Assembly (NCBI GenBank): GCA_026999335.1
Contig: JALTPW010000085.1
Location: forward strand, 1 to 37,085
DNA from: Chromatiales bacterium
Lineage (GTDB): Bacteria; Pseudomonadota; Gammaproteobacteria; SZUA-152
Direction: 5' to 3'
Length of the DNA stretch: 37,085 bases
Part shown: piece by piece, positions 1-9,258 of the stretch
Numbering within the stretch: position 1 is the first letter of the stretch
How the letters are laid out: every line of letters starts with the position of its first letter
Notes under the pieces: generated by a model
The model's input: only the letters and a program-made list of their open reading frames with translations
Told to the model about the DNA's origin: nothing
Databases searched by the model: none
Made by a program: the position numbers and the translations under genes

Positions 1-237
1 CACCTCACGGCCCAGGCTGTCATAGATGCGCAGACTGACTCTGCCAGGCTGCTCCAGCGTGAAGCTGATCGAGGTTGAGGGATTGAACGGATTGGGATAG
101 TTCTGCTGCAACGTAAAGCCCCCGGGTGTTGCGGTGCTGCCCCTGCGATCGACACTGGTCACCACGGCGAAATTAAAGCCGCGCACAATAAAAACGCTAA
201 CAATGACACAATAATAGGCAAAAAAAAACTTTGACAT
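1..237 (-). pseudogene. Partial ORF encoding a T9SS-type C-terminal sorting domain (Por secretion tail / FlgD-Ig-like); probable host gene fragment truncated by the prophage end
   Basis: My minus-strand translation reads ...VVTSVDRRGSTATPGGFTLQQNYPNPFNPSTSISFTLEQPGRVSLRIYDSLGREV and runs off the window. NYPNPFNPST..ISF.L......L.IYD..GREV is the classic T9SS CTD signature. The apparent N-terminus (MSKFFFAYYCVIVSVFIV, ATG at 237..235) is encoded by the AT-rich inverted-repeat/terminator sequence and is probably fortuitous. Confidence 0.5.
182..237 (+). repeat. Left terminal inverted repeat (putative transposase-binding end)
   Basis: cgcacaataaaaacgctaacaatgacacaataataggcaaaaaaaaactttgacat aligns with the reverse complement of 37019..37074. 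Shared blocks are GCACAATAA at offset 2, ACACAATAA at offset about 24, GCAAAAAA at offset 37 and GACAT at offset 52. Confidence 0.55.
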
Positions 238-252
238 AGTCAAAGTTTTTTT
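220..252 (-). terminator. Bidirectional A/T-flanked hairpin ending the late operon
   Basis: aaaaaaaaactttgac-ata-gtcaaagttttttt. The stem core is ctttgac/gtcaaag, extended by A/T pairs, and a U-run follows on the minus strand. It lies 17 nt downstream of the last late-gene stop (269). The stem is GC-poor, so the call is moderate. Confidence 0.45.
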
Positions 253-268
253 GAAAAAACAATCGTTT

Positions 269-1024
269 CTATTCTCCCGCAAGCAAAAAATACCCTATAT
301 GTACATAAGCCTGCGTCGAAGTGCGTGTCTGCACTCTAAAATGCGGCTTCATGAATGAAGTGGTGATATCGTTCATAGAGAATAAATAAACCATGCCGTC
401 AAGATTTCTGCTTGCATAAACTTCAATCCTACTATCCCTAATGTAAAATGCGAGATTTATATATTTTACCGCAGCTGTAATGTTTAACGATTTTGTTGTC
501 CTAACTGATGCCTTCTCGGTGGTAATCTGCCAGGACGTAGAACTGTCAGGGTCGAACCAAAAGTATACTGCGTCTGTTGGGTAATCAACGTTCGTCCCAG
601 CCGCCACATTGTTTGCGACTCCGGCAGAAATAATAACATTCGATACTTGCGCTGGTTTTAGCCTGGCAAAAAAGACAAAACGTGAAAAGTTGTCCAGCTG
701 TAGGCCTTCTACAAATATAGCTTGACCGCCACCAGATGTTATACCAGAAGAAAGGCGAAAACTATAAAAAGGTTCGCCTGATGAATAGCTATAAGAATCT
801 GAAAACCCAGAACCAGAGTTGACTGTAGATTTCCCCCAATCGAGCTGACCAATCGCGTTACTCCCAATAGAATTCCCTGTAAATTCATCTGTTGCAAGGG
901 CCATTTTACCCAATTTGAACGGGAAAAATTTTTCGAATCGTGTGCCTGTTGTATTTATAGCCCAATTTTGGGCTACACACGGCTGCCACAGCGCAAGTAA
1001 AAAAATAACTTTTTTGACCATCAT
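269..1024 (-). CDS. Signal-peptide-bearing protein of unknown function, last gene of the tail/late operon (possible receptor-binding or lectin-like)
   Basis: ORF 269..1057 trimmed to ATG 1024, which forms an ATGA overlap with the upstream stop at 1021..1023. The N-terminus MMVKKVIFLLALWQPCVAQ looks like a Sec signal peptide. No family recognised. Confidence 0.6.
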   Translation of the reverse strand: MMVKKVIFLLALWQPCVAQNWAINTTGTRFEKFFPFKLGKMALATDEFTGNSIGSNAIGQLDWGKSTVNSGSGFSDSYSYSSGEPFYSFRLSSGITSGGGQAIFVEGLQLDNFSRFVFFARLKPAQVSNVIISAGVANNVAAGTNVDYPTDAVYFWFDPDSSTSWQITTEKASVRTTKSLNITAAVKYINLAFYIRDSRIEVYASRNLDGMVYLFSMNDITTSFMKPHFRVQTRTSTQAYVHIGYFLLAGE

Positions 1025-3570
1025 CTTACATCCATGCTCCTTGAAGTTTCTACCCAATTAGAACCATCAAAAGTAAAAGTGAAAATATCCGCGCTATTTG
1101 CAGTTGTTGTCAATGCCGGCGCAGAACCACCAACAAACTTCATATTTACCGGCCACGAAAATGTTCTGCTTCCCGTCGCATCTTGAATAAGATGTATTTC
1201 AATTCTTTGGTTTGCAAGTGCATTTATTAGGCTGCTTGACGTTACATTTCCAGCCAAAGTTATAGAAAAAACGTTCCCTAACGATGCATCAATTGTAATA
1301 GAAGCAGAATACGATACATCCACTTTTGTAGAATAAAATGCGCGATTTGCATTGACAACATTAAGCCCAGCGTCACCCACCTCGAGCCCGGCTGATGCAC
1401 GGAATTCATCGCCAGATGCAGTCCCTAATAGATCGCCGGCTATTCTTTTTAAGGCTAAATCAAACGTAGCCCCATCTGGCGCCCATCGCAATACACCATC
1501 GCCGGTAATAAAAAAACGTGGTGAGCTCCCGGTAACCTCCATAAATTCTATAGCTGTCTCACCAGCGCCAGCAAGATAGCGATATGCAGCATTTGTGCCG
1601 TATCGACGTACTCGATAATCTTTTTGTTCTGTTATCGCAGCATTGTTTGCACCCGTTGTATCTACTTGCGTAGTGATATTCCCGTTATAGTTTGGGTTGA
1701 TGATATTTACAAATTCGACATAATCTTCAACCGCGAACGCAGTCGCACCTGTCACGCTTGCATCAAAGACACCACCAATCCACGTTACGTGTCCAACTGT
1801 ACCATTTGTTGATGAAGTGCCACCCAACCAGACTGATTTCACTGGTTTTGGCGTGCCGGAATTATCTGATTGTTGCGACCTACACCCAACTGCAGTAACA
1901 GTTCTGGCGCTTTCTATCCTGTAGTTTGCTGTTGCGTTATGTTCTCCCACTGAATTAAACAGATTCACCGTCATCGTCGCATTTGACGATGACGAAACTT
2001 TGTACGTATGATGTCCATATCGCCCATTCCCCCCAATGAAATTATTTTGACTCGTAAGATACCAGACGAAAAGATTAAAGCCATCGCGTCCATTATCTGC
2101 TATCTGAGTGTTTTCGATGAGGATATTATCGATCGGCTCAAACGTTCCGTCTGAAGTAATCCCATCTGAACCATTTTGTTCAATTTGGCAACCAATGACC
2201 CTTGTCAAAAGAGCATGATCGTCTCGCCCCCCAACTACAAAATTATCTCTTTGTAAACGGATGCCATGCCTGCCAAATCCCTTTATCCAAACAGACTTTA
2301 ACTCAAACAGTATCCATGTTCGCACATAAATCCCATCATTGTTCCCAGAACCCATTCCCCGCCCAAAAAGGCCTAAATTATGAATTTTTATATTTTGTAA
2401 GTGACCGTCGAAATTGTCAGTTGTTTCCCTATCTAAACCCTGAAATTTCAACAAACTTCCAGATGAATCACGCTTAAATATACGGCTTTTGTTCATACCG
2501 TCGCCAAAGACCTGAATCCCCTGCTTCAAAGAAGACGTGTCTGTAATCACATAGAGTAATGAATCAACGAAATAATCACCTGGAGGAATATAAATTGGCG
2601 CATTCGCTTCGCCTGCGGCATCTATAGCCGCTTGGAATGCAGGTGTATCATTTGTTGCACTGTCCCCCTTTGCACCAAACCATCTTACATTTATAAATTT
2701 TGTTGTCCCCGGCGCAAACTCCAAGCTATCAATATTCCCGAATACCCATTGCACAGGCCCCGGATCAACTACAGCGGCCTCAATACGCAGTTTTCTGGTA
2801 ACCTGCAAGCCACCCCCTCGAACAGGGCGTAATGTTACCGCTGCTGGGATCGTATCCCGTGCCGCGGCGGCGATTGCAAACTTTTGCGTCAAATCGAGAG
2901 TATGCCCACCACGGGCAACGGCCGTATCAATAGCAGCCTCAACGCTAACAAAATTAGCCGGGTTCAGACCACGTTCATCAAATTCGTCCTGAATGGCCTT
3001 CATTGACCCGCCATATTTCATATCGATCTCAACATTTCCGTTATTTTTCACCGTCATGCGAGTAGCGCCTTTGGTCTGCAGAGCTATCTCGCCAACCCCA
3101 TTAAGATCAGTGTCAGCTCCGATAGTCGTTGAGCCGGCGTTTGTGACGCCACCAGTACCGGATGCAATCCCTGTAAGACCAGAGCCGTCTCCGATAAACG
3201 TCGTCGCTTGTATCTGGCCGGCGAGCTTTAGTGTATCACTGCTCCCGGTTGAGCTGATGCTCGTAAACTTATCTGCAATGATGGATAATTTATTTGAACC
3301 AATCCAAACGCCAGTTTTCCAGGATAACCCATCAACATAAATATCATATTCACCGTTCGCAACGGCGTTATGATAATAGACGCCAGGCGTCGTCGAGCTC
3401 TCAGTCAGATCATACGCTTTTGATCCGTTTTGATACAAATCTACATCTTTACCTGGTACCAGTTTCCCGGTTGCCTGGCTGCGGAGTTTTACCTCCCAGT
3501 ACGATGTCAGCACTTGCGCAACCAACAGGGCAGGCAAAAAAAGAAGCAGAACAGAAATCGCTTTTCTCAT
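1021..3570 (-). CDS. Tailspike-like right-handed beta-helix protein (pectate-lyase superfamily depolymerase) with a signal-peptide-like N-terminus
   Basis: FINVRWFGAKGDSATNDTPAFQAAIDAAGEANAPIYIPPGDYFV is typical of the start of Pectate_lyase_3-type beta-helix domains, and later degenerate beta-helix turns follow. ATG 3570 has an AGGTG RBS 6 nt upstream; a GTG at 3579 is the alternative start. The N-terminus is MRKAISVLLLFLPALLVAQ. Confidence 0.75.
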   Translation of the reverse strand: MRKAISVLLLFLPALLVAQVLTSYWEVKLRSQATGKLVPGKDVDLYQNGSKAYDLTESSTTPGVYYHNAVANGEYDIYVDGLSWKTGVWIGSNKLSIIADKFTSISSTGSSDTLKLAGQIQATTFIGDGSGLTGIASGTGGVTNAGSTTIGADTDLNGVGEIALQTKGATRMTVKNNGNVEIDMKYGGSMKAIQDEFDERGLNPANFVSVEAAIDTAVARGGHTLDLTQKFAIAAAARDTIPAAVTLRPVRGGGLQVTRKLRIEAAVVDPGPVQWVFGNIDSLEFAPGTTKFINVRWFGAKGDSATNDTPAFQAAIDAAGEANAPIYIPPGDYFVDSLLYVITDTSSLKQGIQVFGDGMNKSRIFKRDSSGSLLKFQGLDRETTDNFDGHLQNIKIHNLGLFGRGMGSGNNDGIYVRTWILFELKSVWIKGFGRHGIRLQRDNFVVGGRDDHALLTRVIGCQIEQNGSDGITSDGTFEPIDNILIENTQIADNGRDGFNLFVWYLTSQNNFIGGNGRYGHHTYKVSSSSNATMTVNLFNSVGEHNATANYRIESARTVTAVGCRSQQSDNSGTPKPVKSVWLGGTSSTNGTVGHVTWIGGVFDASVTGATAFAVEDYVEFVNIINPNYNGNITTQVDTTGANNAAITEQKDYRVRRYGTNAAYRYLAGAGETAIEFMEVTGSSPRFFITGDGVLRWAPDGATFDLALKRIAGDLLGTASGDEFRASAGLEVGDAGLNVVNANRAFYSTKVDVSYSASITIDASLGNVFSITLAGNVTSSSLINALANQRIEIHLIQDATGSRTFSWPVNMKFVGGSAPALTTTANSADIFTFTFDGSNWVETSRSMDVR

Positions 3571-3575
3571 TGTGG

Positions 3576-4055
3576 TCACCTGATCCGGTAATGATGAACC
3601 CAGAAAACATAATGATTTGATTGCGAACCGTTTTCAGAAACCCTGATTTTAAACTGACTGAACGGGCGCTCCGCCGCCCAGCTGAAATTTGGCAAAAAGA
3701 CACTCGTCTCGCTATCTGTCGTAAAAGTCGTCAAAGTTTGCCAGTCATAACCGTTTGTACCAAGTCCGGCACCGCGAAAAATACCGATTTCAATTTTCGC
3801 ATTCAACGTACCGGAAATATTGATCGCGCGCATGTCAATCGCAATATCCCCACCGCCGGCGACGACAGGAACAGCCCGGGTTTCAAAAGTATCTGCGCTT
3901 GCCGTCGATGTGACCGTTTTGAACGTACTATCTGTAGGCACAGCAACCCAAGTTTCATAAGTCGTCGTTTTATACAGAAAATCAACGCCGAGATTGATGA
4001 CCCCCTGCGCCGGCAGAATCGCGGGCAGGATGAAAAACAACAAAAGCTTTTTCAT
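3576..4055 (-). CDS. Small secreted protein, unknown function
   Basis: 159-aa ORF whose stop overlaps the next gene's start region. The N-terminus MKKLLLFFILPAILPAQG is a typical Sec signal peptide. It lies 10 nt downstream of the preceding gene. Confidence 0.6.
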   Translation of the reverse strand: MKKLLLFFILPAILPAQGVINLGVDFLYKTTTYETWVAVPTDSTFKTVTSTASADTFETRAVPVVAGGGDIAIDMRAINISGTLNAKIEIGIFRGAGLGTNGYDWQTLTTFTTDSETSVFLPNFSWAAERPFSQFKIRVSENGSQSNHYVFWVHHYRIR

Positions 4056-4064
4056 AGAGTGCTC

Positions 4065-5033
4065 CTATATCTCGAGAATAAACGAATCGTTATTTTGCTC
4101 CGCGATAAACTCTTCTGTTTCGAAGCTATATTCTGTAAGCGAATCTATGATTTCGACGGGCAGTTCAGGAAGGAGCTCTGTCCCGCGCAAGCTGACATTA
4201 CCTTCATGCCCCCATGCGGCGACGCCAAAGGCCCAATTCCGCTCATAATCGTCATCCCACTCACAGAAATAGCATGTGCTTGCATCCTTGTGCGGGAAAA
4301 AAAGGATATCATATGTCGTAGAAATCAGTTTGCTCTTCAGCGTTTCCTCAGCGGCCGTCAGGCGCTCATATTGCGCCTCATAAAAATAGCGTATCCCTTT
4401 TTTATAACTCTTCTGTGTCCCATCGATAAGCTCATTCTTTGCCTGGTATTCTTTCCGCCACATCTGACGTTCGTTGCCACGAGCGGGGAGCGGTAATGTA
4501 AACTCATCCTCAATCTTTCTCACCCTGAAATTATCCACGCGTATTTTACCCTGTCCCGCATTCCCTTCGGATTTCCCAAAGGGATAAATGCGATACACAA
4601 GGCTGTTCCCGGTTGCATCCGCCGGTACCGCAACTTCGTGCACGATCACTTGCCACCAAAGTTGATCAAGGACAAATTGTTTTTCATGCGTCCCGGATAG
4701 CCCCTGGAAAACACACCATATTGGTTGATCCCCTTCTGCAGCATCATTTCTTGCATTTGCCAACACAATAAACTTTTTCCCAGCAATCGCTTCCCCCGTG
4801 TCTATCGTAATTTCAGCATATTCCATATCCACGTCCTGATTGTCCTCGATTGTCAGAACGTAGTCCATGTATGGTGTTGTAGAGTCAAAAACACGCGCAT
4901 ACGAGCCCGAAGAACCACTAACGCCGGACAAATCTTCCTCAAAAGATTTGTTGGGACTGAGCTCAGGCCCCATGAGCAAAAATCGAGGTTCATCGACACC
5001 GCCAATAACATGATGCGCATACTTAAAAGCCAT
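4065..5033 (-). CDS. Hypothetical tail-associated protein
   Basis: 322-aa ORF in the late operon with a TAATG overlap to the upstream gene. No motif recognised. Confidence 0.6.
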   Translation of the reverse strand: MAFKYAHHVIGGVDEPRFLLMGPELSPNKSFEEDLSGVSGSSGSYARVFDSTTPYMDYVLTIEDNQDVDMEYAEITIDTGEAIAGKKFIVLANARNDAAEGDQPIWCVFQGLSGTHEKQFVLDQLWWQVIVHEVAVPADATGNSLVYRIYPFGKSEGNAGQGKIRVDNFRVRKIEDEFTLPLPARGNERQMWRKEYQAKNELIDGTQKSYKKGIRYFYEAQYERLTAAEETLKSKLISTTYDILFFPHKDASTCYFCEWDDDYERNWAFGVAAWGHEGNVSLRGTELLPELPVEIIDSLTEYSFETEEFIAEQNNDSFILEI

Positions 5034-5278
5034 TATTCTGCTTTATCCTCCCCGCCGAGTTTTGCACCGATAAAGGCCAGCGACAGCATTTGCAAAAACC
5101 GTTCTGCAAGAGGACTCAAACCGCTGACAGCCTCGCGGCTGAAATCGTATCTTATAGACCCCTCTTTTGCCATTCTCTTTGCAAGACCATTTAAGAGCGC
5201 GGAAAATTCTGTCGGAGTTATTTTATCAACGATTTCTCCAGCGTCAATCGGGATGACGATTTGTTTTTTAACTTCCAT
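5033..5278 (-). CDS. Hypothetical small protein (tail module)
   Basis: 81-aa ORF, co-oriented and tightly packed between two tail genes. Confidence 0.5.
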   Translation of the reverse strand: MEVKKQIVIPIDAGEIVDKITPTEFSALLNGLAKRMAKEGSIRYDFSREAVSGLSPLAERFLQMLSLAFIGAKLGGEDKAE

Positions 5279-5311
5279 TTCTCGGCTCTATATATAATAG
5301 GAAAGAAGATT

Positions 5312-8300
5312 TTATTGCAGCCCTTGTATTTGCAACGTCATTGCTTCAGTGTCCAACTCTAAAAGCATTAACTTGAACCAGTCATTCCTACTGATATCTG
5401 TATCCGCCGTATTCAAATAGAAACGCACTCTATCATATTCCTCGAGCTCAAGCTGCAGCGCCAAAACTGCAGATACAATGTCGCGTTGCGCATTAAAGTA
5501 TGTAAAAAAATCTTCCGCAACAATACCGGCTAATTGGCTCGACTGGATCAACCCATTTTGAATAGTCAAAATGCGACGCTCCCATCCGTCATCGCCATAA
5601 GCTGCCGTGCCGCTTTGATCCGTACGCTTATTTTGCCATGCGACCTCGACGCGGTCGTAGAAGTGTTGCCATTTTTGCAACGGTTCCACAGATAGGACGT
5701 GTGTATCAGCAAAAAGAGACTTCTCTCCGTCATGCTGATCTCTACTCACAACTCGTATTTTCCTGTTTGCCCGCACCTGTATCGTCCTGTTTACGACCTG
5801 CGAGCAGTCCGTCATCACTTCACGTAGATTCTTGCCCGTCAAGTCAGCGACAGCTATACGCGGGTAAAACGTACTGTCATATTGCCATAGCGCATTTTGC
5901 AGGTTGCCGGAGACCCCATAAATACGGCCTCCACTCCCAAGAACAAGACCTGTTTTTAGTCTTGTTTCACCAGGGGCTATTTCCATCAACTTACTAAGAA
6001 CAATCTCACTACCGGCACTACGCGAACTGTCAAAATCACCTGCAATCAGATAGGCAGTCAGGTCATTGTATCGTCGATCTTGAGCAACAGCATAGACCTT
6101 CTGGTCGTTCGAATTATAAACAAACCCTGCGAGCTGCATCCCCTCATTGTAGTCGAACCCGGACCCGGTTTGTGTACTATACAGCTTATCCGCCGTGATA
6201 TCATACACAAACCAGTGGTGCTGCAGCGTATATCTGTCAAGGATGCAGCCATGCAGGGTGTTTTCAGCAGAATTGAAGCATAAGTCGGTGACCGTACACG
6301 AACGGAGCTTAGGCCAGGCATCGTTGTTGCCGCTCAGGCTTTGGCCAGACTCAACGCTATCCGTCGCAAAATCAAACACGGCTGTATAGCTGCCGCTCAG
6401 GCTCATATCTACCTTTACGATTCTGCAGTCAGAGAGGTCAGCCGGGAATGTCCCCCCGCTGTTGTCCCAGGTCATTTCGGCGAGATACGCATTGCCTGCC
6501 CCATCATCGCAGGCAGCGAGTATCTGCCTATCATCATTATTTACAGTTAAATGTGTCGCATATGTCCCTGTATAATCGACGAAACGCAATTGATTCGAAT
6601 TCAGCTCCCAGTACATAAAAAACCAGCGGTCACCTTCTTCATCCCACAGGCAGAAACCGGGCTGCCCTAATTCAAACCGGGCAGCACTTGCCGATGACGA
6701 CGCCGAGCTGAGAAACCACCAGCCGAATGGTCTCAATCCATCATCAGTGTTCGCTGTCGTTGTGGACAGAGAAGATGTCAGGTTTTGTACTTTATACGCG
6801 CTGGGGAATTCCGTCGTGCTGCTGAAAAAAAGCAACAATTCTGGATAAGGCGTCGTAACGTTTTCACCTGCCTGTTCAGTCGATCCCTGGCCTAACACAC
6901 GCCCGCCGGAGCCGGCTGCTTTCGTGTTGCGATAACAAACTTCCCCGGAATAAAACCGGCTTGAAATTAGCGCCGATTCCGTAATTGTAACCTTATCCGT
7001 GCTGCGGAATACAACAGCCGGAGTTGTTCGTTTTGCATCGAGATTACTGCCGACCAGAACGCGGTCGTAACGTTTTCTCGCTACTCCATGCAGATACCCG
7101 TTCCCATCAATAGCCAGACGGAAGATTTCGAGCTCATAATCCCCGTTCCCGGGGATGCGATCGAGATACTGGAACCCGGTTTTTTCTGTAACCTTCCACA
7201 ACTCATCACCGACCCCGAGATAAAGCGTTTCCGGGCTCGTGCTGGTATCTATTACAATCGCTGTACACGGCTTTTTATAACCCGGTACAGGCGCTTGAAA
7301 CCAGCTCGAAATCGCCGGAGATGAGAGGCTGTATTCCAGGGCATCTACAGTTCTTTTGGCAAATGTATAGTTCGCCGCATCGAGAATATTTTTTAGTAGC
7401 AAATCGACCGGGATATTGTTTTGCCAATTCGCTGCTGAAATTGTACCCCCGGAAGATGTGATAAGGATATCCTCCTCAAAACGTACTGGTTGCAAACTTT
7501 GTAAATTTGTTTTCAGGTCTAGGGAAATACCTTCGTCGCTCGTTACGCGTAGAGCTCGACGGGCGAAAGTAACCGTCGAGCTGCCGGACGTATAGCTTGA
7601 CATGCGAATGCGCAAAACATAGACATCCTGTATTGTGCCTATGCTGCCGCCCAGTTCGAGATCGGTTTGATGCCAGTCTGCGGGAACATTCCAACTTATG
7701 CGTCCGGAAGTGATCAGCCCGCTGGTGGCGTCTGTAACCGAAATGGTGGCCCAGGCCGAGAAACCTTGGCTATACTCAAAAACCAGCGTCCCGACGAGAT
7801 CGCTGGTTTTAACGGTAAAATCTATCGCATCAAACTTTGTCGGACTTATGAAGTAAAGCACATCAGAGCCACTGTTCAAAAGCGTCTCACCGACATTATA
7901 GTCATTACTCAGTTTGAATGTAATGTCGGAATATGTGCTACCATCATAATCGAGGATATGAGAGAAATCGAAAAGCAAATCCTGTTTCGGGCCATTGCCG
8001 AACTCCAGGGTCGCCGTACCGCGGTCTGTAACTTTCCCCATCTGCTCGTCGTTTTCAACGGAAAAAAGTAGATACCTTGGGACAACATCAAAATCACGCG
8101 GTACATTAAAGGTGACCGTATGCCCATCTGCTGCTGTCAAAGTTTGATCCTCTGCCGCAAGTGTCATCGCAGTCCATGTACCATAATCATATTGAAATAA
8201 ATCAGGTGGTCTGAATTTGATGACATGCAGGCCGGCTTTAGTCTCTTTGCTCACAGCAGTTATAACCAGGCCGGAGAGAAAATCCTTATCCGGCCAGTTC

Positions 8301-9061
8301 ATTTTTAGTTTGCGTATGCCATCCTGTACAGTCCCGGTGGCTGTTACAGCGAGAATATCAAAACCGCGGGCAGCGAGGAGTTGCAAACTGGTGTCCGATA
8401 TTGCCCAACCAGGATAGCGCTCTAGCTCTTTTAGGTGCCCCTGCGCGACAAAGGAAAATGTTTTCTCTGCCCTATTATCGACAATACTTTCTCTGTCAAC
8501 TGTTCCCCCAAACCAAAGAAGGCGATCGCTAGCCTTCTTGAAACCGAGAAAAATTCGCACCCAGAAAATATCGCTATTGTCGAACAACCCTGTTGCGCCC
8601 GAATTAGCAAAATAGCCGTCGCCGTTCTCGAAAACGAATTCAACGTCAGATGCAAGCCACTCGGTCAGCGTCTCCCCTTCGACCTGGTAGCGAATCGGGG
8701 ACATCTCAATAAGCCGTTCAGTATTGCCATAGCTGACGATAATTTTTTTTGCAACATACAAATTCGCAACGGTCGTGCTGAAATTACTCGCGGATGCGGA
8801 AAGCAATGTATAATCCAGCGCAGCGAAATAAGACAGACTGGTGATAACGTGTTCAATTTCAAAATCGTCCAGAGGAATGACAAACGTATCTCCGACGCTG
8901 AGAATTGAGCTTGCATTGCCTGCCATGGTGATTTGTGTCGCAGAGTCGCGGGAAAGAATTTTACCACCATACTGGTGTAACAACTCAACGCGTTGCACCA
9001 GCGTTGCATTATGTTTCGCTTCTTGCTGCAGTTTTGTGTTAATGTCCGCAAAAGTTTTCAT
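5312..9061 (-). CDS. Large tail-tip / host-specificity-like protein
   Basis: ORF 5312..9109 trimmed to ATG 9061 (MKTFADINTK...), which forms an ATGA overlap with the stop of 9058..9258. At 1249 aa and shortly downstream of the tape measure, it sits where Dit/Tal or gpJ-like proteins lie in siphoviruses. Function is inferred from position and size only. Confidence 0.6.
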   Translation of the reverse strand: MKTFADINTKLQQEAKHNATLVQRVELLHQYGGKILSRDSATQITMAGNASSILSVGDTFVIPLDDFEIEHVITSLSYFAALDYTLLSASASNFSTTVANLYVAKKIIVSYGNTERLIEMSPIRYQVEGETLTEWLASDVEFVFENGDGYFANSGATGLFDNSDIFWVRIFLGFKKASDRLLWFGGTVDRESIVDNRAEKTFSFVAQGHLKELERYPGWAISDTSLQLLAARGFDILAVTATGTVQDGIRKLKMNWPDKDFLSGLVITAVSKETKAGLHVIKFRPPDLFQYDYGTWTAMTLAAEDQTLTAADGHTVTFNVPRDFDVVPRYLLFSVENDEQMGKVTDRGTATLEFGNGPKQDLLFDFSHILDYDGSTYSDITFKLSNDYNVGETLLNSGSDVLYFISPTKFDAIDFTVKTSDLVGTLVFEYSQGFSAWATISVTDATSGLITSGRISWNVPADWHQTDLELGGSIGTIQDVYVLRIRMSSYTSGSSTVTFARRALRVTSDEGISLDLKTNLQSLQPVRFEEDILITSSGGTISAANWQNNIPVDLLLKNILDAANYTFAKRTVDALEYSLSSPAISSWFQAPVPGYKKPCTAIVIDTSTSPETLYLGVGDELWKVTEKTGFQYLDRIPGNGDYELEIFRLAIDGNGYLHGVARKRYDRVLVGSNLDAKRTTPAVVFRSTDKVTITESALISSRFYSGEVCYRNTKAAGSGGRVLGQGSTEQAGENVTTPYPELLLFFSSTTEFPSAYKVQNLTSSLSTTTANTDDGLRPFGWWFLSSASSSASAARFELGQPGFCLWDEEGDRWFFMYWELNSNQLRFVDYTGTYATHLTVNNDDRQILAACDDGAGNAYLAEMTWDNSGGTFPADLSDCRIVKVDMSLSGSYTAVFDFATDSVESGQSLSGNNDAWPKLRSCTVTDLCFNSAENTLHGCILDRYTLQHHWFVYDITADKLYSTQTGSGFDYNEGMQLAGFVYNSNDQKVYAVAQDRRYNDLTAYLIAGDFDSSRSAGSEIVLSKLMEIAPGETRLKTGLVLGSGGRIYGVSGNLQNALWQYDSTFYPRIAVADLTGKNLREVMTDCSQVVNRTIQVRANRKIRVVSRDQHDGEKSLFADTHVLSVEPLQKWQHFYDRVEVAWQNKRTDQSGTAAYGDDGWERRILTIQNGLIQSSQLAGIVAEDFFTYFNAQRDIVSAVLALQLELEEYDRVRFYLNTADTDISRNDWFKLMLLELDTEAMTLQIQGLQ

Positions 9062-9258
9062 AATATACGCGAAAGAATAATCCCAATACCCAACAGAAAG
9101 AAAAAACACAGGAGAGCCAACTGTATCCAGGCGCCCTGAGCATACACGACTACATCACGAAAGTCCCCTAAAATTAACATGATCAGCATATGCCAGCCCA
9201 ACATCAGACCTGAAAAAAATGCCAGCGTCATCCCAAAAATAATTTGTGCGAGCTTCAT
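9058..9258 (-). CDS. Small two-pass membrane protein
   Basis: 66 aa with two hydrophobic segments (IIFGMTLAFFSGLMLGWHMLIMLILG and WIQLALLCFFFLLGIGIIL). ATGA overlaps on both sides link it to the tape-measure stop and the next gene's start. Confidence 0.5.
   Translation of the reverse strand: MKLAQIIFGMTLAFFSGLMLGWHMLIMLILGDFRDVVVYAQGAWIQLALLCFFFLLGIGIILSRIL

Noticed and set aside
269-9061. Diversity-generating retroelement in the tail fibre region
   Set aside because: No reverse-transcriptase ORF exists anywhere in the window, and I saw no template/variable repeat pair at the 3' ends of the tail genes.
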